DNA from: Candidatus Thalassarchaeum betae
GTDB taxonomy: Archaea > Thermoplasmatota > Poseidoniia > Poseidoniales > Thalassarchaeaceae
NCBI GenBank assembly: GCA_003193925.1
Contig: PSPG01000004.1
Location: 96,001-160,000 of the forward strand
DNA: 64,000 nucleotides
Reading direction: 5' to 3'
Shown: positions 48,074 to 58,699 of the stretch, one piece after another
Numbering within the stretch: the stretch's first letter is position 1
Layout: each line of letters begins with the position of its first letter
Notes under the pieces: generated by a model
Told to the model about the DNA's origin: nothing
Database searches by the model: none
Seen by the model: the letters and a program-made list of their open reading frames with translations, nothing else
Made by a program: the position numbers and the translations under genes

Positions 48074-48964
48074 ATGGCAGTGGAATTCAGCGAAGTTCGT
48101 GGTGTCCTCCAGCCCCTGTGCGAATCAATTGATGGGAAGTCATCCGTCCAACGCGACAATCGTGATGAGTGGAATGGTAAAGTCAGGGAGTACCTCGACG
48201 AGAGAAACGAGATCAACCGGCAAGTCAAGGGGCTCATCAACGAAGTCCAAACCCAAAAGGCCATTCGCGACGAGCTCAACCTCAGGGTCAGGGGGCTCAA
48301 AGAGGTCAGGGCCGAGCGTTCCGACCACCTGAAGGACATCAGAACGAAACTTCGAGCGAAACTGACTGCGCAGGAGGAGGAGCAGGGGGCCCAGGAGCGC
48401 AGGGGGGACAAGCGTCCCTCCGCAGGTAAGATCAGGGCTGATATGGAAAGGCTCGAGAAGAGGTACAATACAGGGCAGTTCCTCGGCAAGAAGGAACGAG
48501 ATTACCACAAGAAGGCGAAGCAGCTCTCTGAGGCTCTGAAGGAGGCTTCCAAGAGAAAGGGCGCCGGAACGATGCGCGAGCTCAAGGACTCGGTCAGGGA
48601 TGCTGAGCGCCTCCAGGAGGAGGCACACAAGTCGGTCGAGAGGGCAGTGAAGAGTGCACAAGAGGCCCACGACCTGATGGTAGAGTTGTCCGAGGAGGTA
48701 GACCGCCTAAGGGAGAAAGCTAACTCCGCTCACTCGAGTCTGACTCGCTCCAAGCGCGAGGCAGATACCATGCACAGCCGGTACATCGTCTCACTGCGAT
48801 GCATACACTCTATTCGGGACATGATGAAGGCGATGGATTCGCGAGAGAAGAGGGAAGAGGAGTCACCCGACACCGAGAGGCTGGAGGTCGCCGACTTGAT
48901 GTCCAAGCTGATGGCCGGAGACACGCTGTCAACCGATGAGTTGATGGCCCTCAGGCGATACTGA
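48074..48964 (+). CDS. Archaeal coiled-coil protein (COG1340-like), paralogue D
   Basis: 'RDEWN..V...ERNEIN', 'AQEAHDLM', 'EADTMH', C-terminal 'KLMAGDTLSTDEL'. Confidence 0.85.
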   Translation: MAVEFSEVRGVLQPLCESIDGKSSVQRDNRDEWNGKVREYLDERNEINRQVKGLINEVQTQKAIRDELNLRVRGLKEVRAERSDHLKDIRTKLRAKLTAQEEEQGAQERRGDKRPSAGKIRADMERLEKRYNTGQFLGKKERDYHKKAKQLSEALKEASKRKGAGTMRELKDSVRDAERLQEEAHKSVERAVKSAQEAHDLMVELSEEVDRLREKANSAHSSLTRSKREADTMHSRYIVSLRCIHSIRDMMKAMDSREKREEESPDTERLEVADLMSKLMAGDTLSTDELMALRRY

Positions 48965-48967
48965 CCG

Positions 48968-49915
48968 TCACTCGTACTCGTACCGCCTTCCATTGCGGCC
49001 GTGCAGAATCTGGGTTGGTGCACCCTCTACGTCTATGATCCAGCCCGGTATTGTCACAGGGGACTCACTGAGCTCTGCCGTTTCCGGGTCGAACCTCCAC
49101 CACTCCAGCATCACGCTGCTCACCGGACCTTCATCGGAATCCGGCTCGCCCTGCTTACGCGAATCCAGAAGTCTGAGGAGTTCTGGGGGGAAGTCCCACA
49201 TATCCGTCCAACTCCCCTCCGAGGGGCCCACCGCCCTGAGTCTGGGAGGATAGCTGAGTTCCTCGTCCGAATCGTAGATCGCAAGGCTGGAAGACCAAGG
49301 GTCCTCCAGCACCTGCCACGCTCCCCACTCCCTCTCGTCATCGGGGCCTACGAGCGAGCCTGAGACGAGCCATAGTTTCGCAGACAGCAGGACAGGAGTG
49401 GTATTGACTCCCTCCCATCCGCGTTGTACCAGCCAGGAGTCAAGATCCACGAGTGGCCTCAGAGTCCTGCGCTGACCGAGAGATTCTCTGGCAGGGGGGG
49501 TATGGGCACCGTGTTCAGCGTCCAACCCAGACTGCGAGTATGGAGAGTGCGCAACGAGGTCGCCGGAGAGCACGGCCTCACCGATCCATCGCCCCATTCG
49601 CTCAGGCCCCCATATGACTACATCCACTGCAGAGTCGATGGAATCCAGTATCCCGTCCGGGAAGGGGCGCTCGCTGAGTATCCAATGCCTGCCTCCTGGA
49701 GCGTCGACGCTCCACCTCTCGATCTCCGTCGGCGAGATAGGAAGGAGATCTGCGGGGACATGCCACACATGAACCGAGGAGCCCCGCCCCTCGCCTAGTT
49801 CCGGCACCCTCTCAGCAACACCCATACACCTGAACCCATGGACCTTCGGCACGTTGTCCGCTGAGTGAAGTTGTACGGCCCGCAATGCGAGTAGGTCACG
49901 TACTGCCTCATCCAC
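48968..49915 (-). CDS. Hypothetical protein (possible degenerate restriction-endonuclease-like N-terminus)
   Basis: 315-aa ORF with own TTCAA element; fold guess is weak. Confidence 0.7.
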   Translation of the reverse strand: MDEAVRDLLALRAVQLHSADNVPKVHGFRCMGVAERVPELGEGRGSSVHVWHVPADLLPISPTEIERWSVDAPGGRHWILSERPFPDGILDSIDSAVDVVIWGPERMGRWIGEAVLSGDLVAHSPYSQSGLDAEHGAHTPPARESLGQRRTLRPLVDLDSWLVQRGWEGVNTTPVLLSAKLWLVSGSLVGPDDEREWGAWQVLEDPWSSSLAIYDSDEELSYPPRLRAVGPSEGSWTDMWDFPPELLRLLDSRKQGEPDSDEGPVSSVMLEWWRFDPETAELSESPVTIPGWIIDVEGAPTQILHGRNGRRYEYE

Positions 49916-49997
49916 AGCGCGAGCGACAGAGGAGAGGCCTTGAAACGAACGCCTCGGAAGCGATTCGGAAGCGGATTAGCCCGGAGGCCGCGGCACG

Positions 49998-50294
49998 TCA
50001 GACGTTGGTGGTCAGAGAGAGCAGGTCGCTCTGACCGGGTTCCAAAATGCACAGTGCGCTCACCGGAAACGGCTTTGCGCATGCCGCCCCCAGTTGGCGA
50101 TTGACCAGCTCGACCCTGTGGACGGTGACGTCAGGGTGACGCTCGGTCAGGTCAGAGATGTAGCCTTCGGGGCAGTTCGCGGCGACCAGCACCAATCTGG
50201 CATCGCCCTTGGCGCATGCGCTCATGGTCTGCCTCTGGCCAAACAGGACGCTGCCCGTGTTCATCCCCTGCTTGAGTTGCCGTGCTATATCCAT
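49998..50294 (-). CDS. rpl30e: 50S ribosomal protein L30e
   Basis: 'TGSVLFG', 'AANCP', 'LGAACAKPFPVS', 'PGQS'; follows rpoA2. Confidence 0.95.
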   Translation of the reverse strand: MDIARQLKQGMNTGSVLFGQRQTMSACAKGDARLVLVAANCPEGYISDLTERHPDVTVHRVELVNRQLGAACAKPFPVSALCILEPGQSDLLSLTTNV

Positions 50295-50307
50295 AGTCAG
50301 CCCTCGG

Positions 50308-51879
50308 TCAAACGTTCTCGGGAATGTAGAACAGGTCGACGCTTCCAGTGCCCAGTGCCACGGGTTGTCCGACGATGATGTTCTCGGTCACCCCCCTGAG
50401 CTCGTCTCGCTCTCCGATGACCCCAGCCTGGAGCAGATGGGTGACCGTGACCTCGAAGGCGGAGCGTGCGAGGATGCTGTGCTTGGTGCCGCTGACGCCG
50501 TGCCTGCCTATCGCTCGGACCGCGCCTTCGCTGGTCATTACGTCCGACACGGTCAGAAGATGGCGGATGTCGACCTCGAGTCCGGCTCCCTCAAGCGTGT
50601 CCGACATCTCGTTGATTATCGCTTGCCTGGCAGCCTCGATACCGAGATACCCATTGATCTCGGTAATGTTGTTGGTGTAGGTCCTCGACCTGTCGACCCC
50701 GGCGAACTCGCTGACCTTGGCCAGGTTGGAGCCGATGGTAGAGATGTAGTACTCCCCGGTCTCCCTGCTGGGGCCCTGTACATTGGCACGGACGACGTCG
50801 GGCAGTCCCTTCAGACGCAGTTTCTTGATCTTATCTTCGAGCTGTAGGAGCGCGGTGTAGGTCGGCGGATCGTTGGCCAGACTGGCGAGGTCCTCCTCCT
50901 TGGTGACTCCCGGGATAATCTTCAGGACCTTTGGGCGGTCCTCGTTGTCAGCCTGGATGTGGAGTCGGAGAGCCCGGGACAACTTGTCCCTGACTTCGGC
51001 CCCAGTCATGCCCTTGCGCCTGAGATTGGAAACGATGAGATGCAAGCTGATGTGGCGTTGCGTGATCTCGACGTCGATCTTGGCGATATCGAGCGTGGTG
51101 GTCATCTCGACTCCAGCGGCGATTTTCAGGACCGCCTTCTCATTGGTGTTCAGCGGCTTGCCCTTCGAATCGAGCTCTTCGAGATATATCAGCATGGTCG
51201 GGGTCTTGGGGACCTTGCGTGCGTCCACTATCTCGATGACTCTTGGCAGCCCCTGGGTCACGTTCACAGTGGCGACTCCTGCATAGTGGAAGGTTCGCAT
51301 TGTCATCTGAGTACCCGGCTCCCCTATGGACTGGGCTGTGGTGATGCCGACGGCCTCGTGCGGGTCGGCCCTGGCGCTGGATAGGGCTGACCAAGTGGAC
51401 TCAATCACCTTCCTCGCCTTCGGCTTGGTTAGTTTCTTGATACCTCTGGCGCGGACGCCATCGACCAAGTCACCGATCATGCGCGGAGTCAGATTGATGT
51501 TCATCCCGATCGAGAGCTCGCGGAGCTGCTGATAGATCTCGTCGTCGGTGTCCACGTCCCGGAGAATCTGCTTCATCTTGGCATCTGGGTCGTAGTCCTG
51601 CAATGGCAGGGACTTCTTCTTGCGGCGCCTGGAGACAGCCCTGCGTCGCACGATGGTCTTCTCGGCCTGAGCTGCGGCCCTAGACGGCTTGGTGGAGGTC
51701 TCCATCACTCTGTGGATCTCTTGAGCCGACCCCGAATCGATTCCGCAGATCTGCGCGATCTGCCCCGAGGTGAGGATCTTCACATCATCCCACTTGCGAT
51801 CATCGGCGAGCTTGTGAGAGTACTCCTCGGCTATGCCGAGATCCATGAGTTTCTTCTTAGTGGCGCTCTTGACTACCAT
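50308..51879 (-). CDS. rpoA2: RNA polymerase subunit A'' (Rpo1C) with N-terminal extension
   Basis: '[17 protein letters not shown]', '[12 protein letters not shown]', 'DIRHL', 'ARSAFE', '[10 protein letters not shown]'. Confidence 0.97.
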   Translation of the reverse strand: MVVKSATKKKLMDLGIAEEYSHKLADDRKWDDVKILTSGQIAQICGIDSGSAQEIHRVMETSTKPSRAAAQAEKTIVRRRAVSRRRKKKSLPLQDYDPDAKMKQILRDVDTDDEIYQQLRELSIGMNINLTPRMIGDLVDGVRARGIKKLTKPKARKVIESTWSALSSARADPHEAVGITTAQSIGEPGTQMTMRTFHYAGVATVNVTQGLPRVIEIVDARKVPKTPTMLIYLEELDSKGKPLNTNEKAVLKIAAGVEMTTTLDIAKIDVEITQRHISLHLIVSNLRRKGMTGAEVRDKLSRALRLHIQADNEDRPKVLKIIPGVTKEEDLASLANDPPTYTALLQLEDKIKKLRLKGLPDVVRANVQGPSRETGEYYISTIGSNLAKVSEFAGVDRSRTYTNNITEINGYLGIEAARQAIINEMSDTLEGAGLEVDIRHLLTVSDVMTSEGAVRAIGRHGVSGTKHSILARSAFEVTVTHLLQAGVIGERDELRGVTENIIVGQPVALGTGSVDLFYIPENV

Positions 51880-54800
51880 CAGTCCTCACCTCCAAGAGCG
51901 TCATCGAGGACCTGTACGACATCAAAGGGGGAGCCCTTGCGGCTGCGGGCGGGGTCTATGCCGTCCTCGCCGTACTCGAACTGGATGATGCGGCCCGCCG
52001 TGTTGCGCACCGAGTTCATCCCGTCGTCGGAGACCTTGAGGTCATCCATCGCGTTGATCAGGCGGCGCTGCATGTAGCCGGACTTACTGGTTCTGACTGC
52101 GGTGTCCACGAGGGACTCGCGGCCGGACACGGAGAGCATGAAGAACTCGGTCGGCTCGAGGCCGCGCTTGAACGAGGAGGAGACGAATCCCTTCTCCTTG
52201 GCGCCCTTGACCCCCCGTGGAAAGTGGGCTAGCACGCGATCCTGGTAGCCACGCTCGAGGCGCTTGCCGCGGACCTTGGGCTGGCCGATGGAGCCGGCCA
52301 TCATCGCGAGGTTGTCCATCGAGCCGCGAGCGCCGGAGACGGCCATCAGAACGGCCGGGTTGTCATCAGGCAGGTGGGCCTTGGCCACCTCTCCGGACTC
52401 GGCCTTGCCCTGGTCGAGGATTTGGAGGATATTCTCCTCGAGCGTCTCGAGGGGGGTCCTTCCGGGTCGGGCCTCGTAATGGCGGCCATCCTTGCCGAAG
52501 TTCGCCAGCTCGGCGTCGACCTCGTCGCTGGCCCTGCGGTTGATCTCGGCGATCTCGACCTTGGCCTCGGGGGGCAGGTCCTCGTCGTCGATGCCTGTGG
52601 TGAATCCCATGGCGGTGCATATGGCGATCGTCATCTTGGTCATCCTGTTCAGGAACTCTGCTCCGACATCGGAGCCGTGAGTCTGGACCACGGCGTCGAG
52701 CAAGCGTCCGTCCTCGGCGCCGATGCCGCGCTTGTCTATGGTGCCGCTGACCTGCCCTCCGGAGACAATGACCTCATCACCCGAGCGGCTGGTGTATTGC
52801 AGTTTGAATCCCCCTGGGACGATCAGGCTCAGTATGTCGGTTCCGCGGTATCCCACAGCCCCGTCCACCTGGACCTCCTCGGGGAGGTCGCCGTCCCAGC
52901 CGATGGCACCGAGGATCTCCAAGACGAGGTTCTTGGGCAGGATCCTGTCACCGTGTGTGAGCAGGTAGGCTCCTGAGATGTGGTCGTGGATGCCCCCGAT
53001 CACACTGCCTCCGTAGCGGGGAGTGATGATGTGCTCCTGCACGCGCATGAGTATCTTGGCCTCTGCGCGTGCCTCCTCGCTCTGGATGATGTGCAGGTTC
53101 ATCTCGTCGCCGTCGAAGTCGGCATTGTACGGAGTGCAGTCGGCCAGGTTGAATCTGAAGGTCTTGCCCTGCATTACTCGGATCTCGTGGACCAGCATGG
53201 ACATCCTGTGAAGTGACGGCTGTCGGTTGAATATGGCGACGTCGCCGTCGATCAAGTGCCTCTCCACGATGACGCCTGGCTGCGGGTTGCCGTCCCTGTC
53301 GAGGGTGCTCAGCCTGTCCTCGATCTCGGTGGAGTAAGCATTGCCGTACTCATCCTCGATCTCGGGGCTGCCGCAGTGTGGGCAGATGACCTCCAGATGC
53401 TCTGGGAAGTACTCACCCGGGTTGGAATGCTCCCACTTCCATCTGTTGTGGATGATCCCCTTGTGGTCTTTCTCGGGAAGCGGCTGGCCGCGCTCGTCCT
53501 CTCCCTTGAGATTTGAAATCGTCGCCTCCAGGTCGACTCCCCACTCCTCCTCGAGCTCACCGATGGAGTTCCTGCGCATCTGGCGCTTGAGCGCCAAGCC
53601 GGGCAGGAAGTTCGGGGCGGGCAGGACCTCGTTGAGGTCAGGCCTGTAGCCGGTGTAGGGCTCGTCCTCGCTGTCAGCGACGCCAGGGAGGCACTCTGGG
53701 TTCAGGCAGCGGAAGCCCGCCCAGATGTACTTGGTGCGGTCTGTGATCCGGACTCTGAAGTGGTCCCCGCGCACGATGTAATTGACACCCGGATGCACAT
53801 CGGGTCCACGCAGGACCATCTGTCGCAGCTGCTCGCGATTGCGGCTGGTCACCCTGATTGGCACGGTGAGCTCCTTCGCCGTCTTTTCGGGCACGCCGAC
53901 CTCGTTGATGCCGAGGTTGGGATCGGGGCTGATCACCGTGCGTGCGCAGAAGTTGACGCGCTTTCCGGAGAGGTTGCTTCGGAATCTGCCCTCCTTGCCC
54001 TTCAGGCGCTGGGCGAGGGTCTTGAGGGGTCGGCCGGAGCGGTGTCGGGCCGGCGGGATCCCACTGGTCTGATTGTCGAAGTAGGTGGTGCAGTGGTACT
54101 GCAGCAACTCCCACAGATCCTCCACGATGAGTTGGGGAGCGCCGGCGTCGCGGTTCTCGCGCAGCCGCTGGTTGATTCTGAGGACGTCCACCAGCTTGTG
54201 GGTGAGGTCATCCTCGGAGCGGTCACCGCTGTCGAGGGTGATCGAGGGGCGGACCGTGATTGGGGGTACTGGAAGAACCTTCATGATTACCCACTCGGGA
54301 CGGCTGGAGTCCTTGTCCATCCCGAGGAATATCAGGTGCTCGTCGGGAATCCTCTCTAGCCACTCGCGGATATCCCTGGCGTTGAGTTTGTGCTCCCCCT
54401 TGTCGGCCTTCTTCTCCTTGAATGTAGAAGGCTTGTCGAGGATGATCTTGCCCTGCTCGGAACCACAGTGCATGCAGATGACCCTCCTCTTATGGGCGCA
54501 CTCCTTCTCTATGTCCTTGATGATCTTCTTGAACTCGCGGGAGCCGACTCCGTGCTTGATCATGATGTCATGAATGCGGTCCCTGTAGAAGTCCTGCTCG
54601 GACTTCTCTGGATCTAGGGGGTGGGTCTCAGCGGAACTGTGCAGAAGCACCTTGCTACATTTGTTGCAGGTCGACTTCAGCGCTGTTTTGAGGAGATTCG
54701 TGAAGCCGATGTGGATGATCGGCAACTCCAGCGCGATGTGTCCGAAGTGGCTTGGGCACTCCTCGTGTTTGTTGCCGCAGGTCTCACAGCGGATCCCGGG

Positions 54801-54980
54801 GTCGATAACGCCCATCTTTGGGTCCATCAGCCCCTGCTTGTACGCGTGCCCGTCGTCCTTGTAGGTGTCAGCGGTCTTGATTTCGACAGCGGACATCTTA
54901 CGAATCTCGTTGGGATCCATCAAACCGAACTTGATCGACTCGATCCTCTTCGGGATCTTGGCTGCGTCGCGCGCACTCAT
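51879..54980 (-). CDS. rpoA1: RNA polymerase subunit A' (Rpo1N)
   Basis: '[11 protein letters not shown]', '[14 protein letters not shown]', 'FNRQPSLH'; ATG overlaps rpoB stop (ATGA). Confidence 0.97.
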   Translation of the reverse strand: MSARDAAKIPKRIESIKFGLMDPNEIRKMSAVEIKTADTYKDDGHAYKQGLMDPKMGVIDPGIRCETCGNKHEECPSHFGHIALELPIIHIGFTNLLKTALKSTCNKCSKVLLHSSAETHPLDPEKSEQDFYRDRIHDIMIKHGVGSREFKKIIKDIEKECAHKRRVICMHCGSEQGKIILDKPSTFKEKKADKGEHKLNARDIREWLERIPDEHLIFLGMDKDSSRPEWVIMKVLPVPPITVRPSITLDSGDRSEDDLTHKLVDVLRINQRLRENRDAGAPQLIVEDLWELLQYHCTTYFDNQTSGIPPARHRSGRPLKTLAQRLKGKEGRFRSNLSGKRVNFCARTVISPDPNLGINEVGVPEKTAKELTVPIRVTSRNREQLRQMVLRGPDVHPGVNYIVRGDHFRVRITDRTKYIWAGFRCLNPECLPGVADSEDEPYTGYRPDLNEVLPAPNFLPGLALKRQMRRNSIGELEEEWGVDLEATISNLKGEDERGQPLPEKDHKGIIHNRWKWEHSNPGEYFPEHLEVICPHCGSPEIEDEYGNAYSTEIEDRLSTLDRDGNPQPGVIVERHLIDGDVAIFNRQPSLHRMSMLVHEIRVMQGKTFRFNLADCTPYNADFDGDEMNLHIIQSEEARAEAKILMRVQEHIITPRYGGSVIGGIHDHISGAYLLTHGDRILPKNLVLEILGAIGWDGDLPEEVQVDGAVGYRGTDILSLIVPGGFKLQYTSRSGDEVIVSGGQVSGTIDKRGIGAEDGRLLDAVVQTHGSDVGAEFLNRMTKMTIAICTAMGFTTGIDDEDLPPEAKVEIAEINRRASDEVDAELANFGKDGRHYEARPGRTPLETLEENILQILDQGKAESGEVAKAHLPDDNPAVLMAVSGARGSMDNLAMMAGSIGQPKVRGKRLERGYQDRVLAHFPRGVKGAKEKGFVSSSFKRGLEPTEFFMLSVSGRESLVDTAVRTSKSGYMQRRLINAMDDLKVSDDGMNSVRNTAGRIIQFEYGEDGIDPARSRKGSPFDVVQVLDDALGGED

Positions 54981-57900
54981 CTTCGGTCCCCCAGCTCCAG
55001 CCTCATAGCCACGCCGAGACTCTTCATCTCGTCGAGCAGCAACTTGAATGCGTAGGAAGTCTGCACGGTGTGGACGTCTGAGCGATCGCCGCAATACGGG
55101 CAGACCGTGGTCCTCCTCTTCCAGTCGTAGTAGGCGATGTGCCCGCAGCCTTTTGTGTTGCAGACCATCAGGTTCCAGCCGTCAGATTCGTCCAGCAGCC
55201 TGTCCTTGATGACCATTGACGCACCGTGGGATATCAGGCAGTCACGCTCCATCTCGCCGAACCTCAGTCCACCCTGGCGGGCACGGCCCTCAGTCGGTTG
55301 GCGTGTCAGGATCTGGACGCGTCCGCGGCTGCGGGCGTGCAGCTTGCTGCTGACCAAGTGGTGCAGCCTCTGGTAATAGATGACGCCGACGAACACCTCG
55401 GCGGAGTAGGCCTCACCGGTCTCTCCGTTGATCATGGGCTCGCGACCGGTGTGGTTGAAGCCGTTTCGCAGGAGTCCCGACCGCAGAGAGTCCTCCTTCT
55501 CTCCTGTGAAGGCGGTTCCGTCGACCTTGCGACCCTCCAGCGAGCCGACCTTGCCGCCGACCATCTCGAGTACGTGCGCGACTGTCATCCTCGAGGGAAT
55601 CGCGTGGGGATTGATCAGGAGGTCGGGTATGATACCATCGGCAGTGAAAGGCATGTCCTCCTCATCGACGAGTCGCCCAATCACGCCCTTCTGCCCGTGA
55701 CGGCTGGCGAACTTGTCCCCCAGCTCTGGGATCTTGTTGGTCCTGAGGGTGATTCTCACGAGTCGTCCCGAGTCGAGGGACTCGGTGACGAACACATTGT
55801 CGACCCAGCCTTCCTCGCCGTGTCGAACCAGCATCGACGACTCCCTCCTCTCCTGGGCTTGTAGGAAGGCACCGTGAGCCTCCTCCAGGAAGCGTGGCGG
55901 ACTGGTCTTCCCGACCAGAACTACTCTGTCGGACTTGTCAAGGGTGGATAGGTATTCCTCGGGCACGGGCAGACCGTCCCTCTCGAGGTGGGAATAGCTC
56001 TCCCAGGACCTCAGTCCCTTGACCTCGTCGAGACCGGTTCCGGGCACTTCTATGCGCTCCTCCTGCCCGCCCGGGAAGCGTTTGTTCTCGGCGTTGTACG
56101 TGCGCACGAACGTCGAGCGTGCCAGAGCGCGCTCGACGGATGCGCGATTCATGATCACAGCGTCTTGCATATTGTAGCCGTGCTGGCTCATGATGGCTAC
56201 GACGAAGTTCTGGCCGCCTGGCCGTTTGTTGAAGTTGGTCGACTCCATCGCACGGGTACCCACGATGGCCTGCTGCGGGTAGTGCATGATGTGAGCGCGT
56301 GTGTCGGGACGGAGTCGGAAGTTGGCACTGGGCAGGCCCAAGCTCTGCTTGACCATCGCCGTCCCGCCGGTGACGCGGGGCGTCGAGTTGTGCTCTGGGT
56401 ATGGGACCAGGGAAGCGCACACTCCCAGAATGAGCTGGGGGTCTATCTCGACGTGAGTGTAGACGAGGACGGTGTTATTCTTGTTCTGCTTCCTCCTGAG
56501 AGCGTCGATACCCTCCTGATAGTAATTGAGGGGTTGACTGAACTCCTCGTAGACGGAATCGCCGTTAGGCAACTGGACCTCGACGCCCAGTTTAGCCTCG
56601 GATATCTCTTCCTCACCGAGGTTCAACCACTCCACCTTGGTGGGGTTGATCGGCCTGCCGTGCTTAGGTGAGATCAACGGTAGGTCGTATGGGCGAGGGG
56701 CAATCAACAGGTCCTCCTCCTCCTCTGCGTCAACCCACTCTACGACGCCTGTGGAAACCAAGTCGGAAAAAGTCAAATCGCCTGATCTCAGTCCATACAG
56801 ATGCGTCTTGGAGAGATTCAGGCTGCCGTGCTCGATAACCAGTAAAGGACGCAGCATCCTGCCTCTGTCAGTGTTGATGTAGACATCGCGGTTGGCCGAA
56901 TCATGGCGGATGCTGACCTCCGGTCGGATTCTTCCCGAACGCCTGCGTCGCTTGAACTGGGCAACCAGCTTGTTGGGCCTCTTGTGCAGGCCGAAGATGT
57001 CGCCGTTGACGTGGATTCTAGAGCCGACGGCCCACTGGATGGGGGATGAGTCCACGCCCGCCTCAATCAGGAGCTCTTTGACATCATCCTCTGGTACCTC
57101 CTCGGAGACGTCGATCATCTGGGCCGCGTTCTTCACCAGACCACAGTTCTGACCCTCCGGAGTCTCGTTGGGACACAGTCTGCCCCAATGGGTCGGGTGT
57201 AGATCACGTGCCTCGAAGTGCGGCTGGCTGCGAACCAGCGGGCTTGTGACCCTGCGCATGTGGGAAAGTGCTGCGATGTAGGTGGTTCGGTCAAGCAACT
57301 GGCTCACTCCGGAGCGGCCGCCTACCCAGTTTCCAGTAGCGAGAGCGTGCATAATCTTGGAAGTTAGGACGTCAGGACGCAGACAGGAGTTGATCTTCAA
57401 CTCGCGCTTGCGGTTGTGGTGTCGCTCCAACTGGTACTTGAGGTCCCGAGCGAGTTGCTGCATACTGACTCGGAACAGGTCCTCCATGAGGTCGCCGGCC
57501 AACCGGACTCGCTTGTTGGCGTAGTGGTCCTTGTCGTTCGGGTCTCGGTTGGTGATGGCCATCTCGAGTACCTGTCGAACGATTCGGCCGAGGAAGATTG
57601 ATTTCTTATGACGGTGATCCGGCGAAGAGCCCAAGTGGGGCAGGAGTTCCTTGTCCAGCAGGTTCTGGATGCGGGACTCGCGGTACTCCTTCTGCTGGCC
57701 GGCGGCGAACTTCTTCTCCAGCCATGATACGGCCTCTTCCTCCGTCTCGACTCCGTACTCCTCGTTGTCCTTGACATCGTTGAGGTTGGCCACAGTGTAC
57801 TTCATCGCCTGTACCGGCCCTGCGATCGAGGCGAATATCTCCTTGTCGTTCTCCATCCCGAGAGCGCGCATGAGGAGGACGACCGGGATGGCTGTCGTAC

Positions 57901-58690
57901 CAGCGCTGGGAATCTTGACCATCAGCATGCCGTCGCGTCGCTTCTCGACGTTGAGTGGCTTACGAACGCCGTCCCTCTGTGAGAATATCTTGGCGACCTC
58001 GGTCTCATGGGCGTACTTCTTGTTCTTCTCGACGGTGACTCGGTTGGGAGCCAGATCCTCCATCGAGATGAGCACGCGCTCGGTGCCGTTGATAATGAAG
58101 TAGCCACCGGGGTCCAGCGGGTCTTCACCAGCCTTGCGCAGCAATTGGGTGAGGTACTCCGCGTCCTCGGCGGAGGTCTCGGGCGAGAGTTTCCTGTTCT
58201 CGTCGATGTGGTCAGCGTGCACATTGCATCTGGCAGAGCGGACCATGATGGGTAGGTTCCCGATGTGCACGCCCTCCTCGTTGATGTATCCGAGGTCGCC
58301 GTCGGGTGTATCCGGTGGTATGTCGTCGCGGTAGATGCGGAAGTCGAGGTACACAGGGGAGAAGTAAGTCAACTTGCGAATGCGGCACTCTAGCGGGGTG
58401 GCCGGGTGCTCGGCTCCGTTGGCCTCACGAATGGTAGGTTGGCCCAGCCTGATGTTCTTCAGGCGGACTAAGATCTCCTTGTCGAGGACGTCGAGTTTGA
58501 TGCATCCGCCTTCCCCCTCTCCTCCAGGGAGATCCTCGACGGGCTCGTCGGTGCCTATGCGGATGGCGCGTACTATCTTCTCCATCCTGCTGAGGCGACC
58601 GTCACCAGCAGGGATGCAGTCATTGTAGGACATCAACTGGTGGTTGACGAGGCTCCGCTGCTTGAAGTAGCTCGAAACTATCTCCTTCAT
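54977..58690 (-). CDS. rpoB: RNA polymerase subunit B (Rpo2, unsplit)
   Basis: 'GGYFIINGTER', 'ETPEGQNCGL', 'GDKFASRHGQKG', 'GGLRFGEMERD'. Confidence 0.98.
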   Translation of the reverse strand: MKEIVSSYFKQRSLVNHQLMSYNDCIPAGDGRLSRMEKIVRAIRIGTDEPVEDLPGGEGEGGCIKLDVLDKEILVRLKNIRLGQPTIREANGAEHPATPLECRIRKLTYFSPVYLDFRIYRDDIPPDTPDGDLGYINEEGVHIGNLPIMVRSARCNVHADHIDENRKLSPETSAEDAEYLTQLLRKAGEDPLDPGGYFIINGTERVLISMEDLAPNRVTVEKNKKYAHETEVAKIFSQRDGVRKPLNVEKRRDGMLMVKIPSAGTTAIPVVLLMRALGMENDKEIFASIAGPVQAMKYTVANLNDVKDNEEYGVETEEEAVSWLEKKFAAGQQKEYRESRIQNLLDKELLPHLGSSPDHRHKKSIFLGRIVRQVLEMAITNRDPNDKDHYANKRVRLAGDLMEDLFRVSMQQLARDLKYQLERHHNRKRELKINSCLRPDVLTSKIMHALATGNWVGGRSGVSQLLDRTTYIAALSHMRRVTSPLVRSQPHFEARDLHPTHWGRLCPNETPEGQNCGLVKNAAQMIDVSEEVPEDDVKELLIEAGVDSSPIQWAVGSRIHVNGDIFGLHKRPNKLVAQFKRRRRSGRIRPEVSIRHDSANRDVYINTDRGRMLRPLLVIEHGSLNLSKTHLYGLRSGDLTFSDLVSTGVVEWVDAEEEEDLLIAPRPYDLPLISPKHGRPINPTKVEWLNLGEEEISEAKLGVEVQLPNGDSVYEEFSQPLNYYQEGIDALRRKQNKNNTVLVYTHVEIDPQLILGVCASLVPYPEHNSTPRVTGGTAMVKQSLGLPSANFRLRPDTRAHIMHYPQQAIVGTRAMESTNFNKRPGGQNFVVAIMSQHGYNMQDAVIMNRASVERALARSTFVRTYNAENKRFPGGQEERIEVPGTGLDEVKGLRSWESYSHLERDGLPVPEEYLSTLDKSDRVVLVGKTSPPRFLEEAHGAFLQAQERRESSMLVRHGEEGWVDNVFVTESLDSGRLVRITLRTNKIPELGDKFASRHGQKGVIGRLVDEEDMPFTADGIIPDLLINPHAIPSRMTVAHVLEMVGGKVGSLEGRKVDGTAFTGEKEDSLRSGLLRNGFNHTGREPMINGETGEAYSAEVFVGVIYYQRLHHLVSSKLHARSRGRVQILTRQPTEGRARQGGLRFGEMERDCLISHGASMVIKDRLLDESDGWNLMVCNTKGCGHIAYYDWKRRTTVCPYCGDRSDVHTVQTSYAFKLLLDEMKSLGVAMRLELGDRR

Positions 58691-58699
58691 CTTCTCACC

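Noticed and set aside
53280-53735. Intein in RpoA1 (insert contains 'CL...' and 'HN')
   Set aside because: HN is followed by R rather than C/S/T and is not at the insert end; no intein block motifs seen
54981-55094. Longer RpoA1 N-terminus given in the ORF track
   Set aside because: Overlaps the rpoB C-terminus; ATG 54980 has an SD and ATGA coupling
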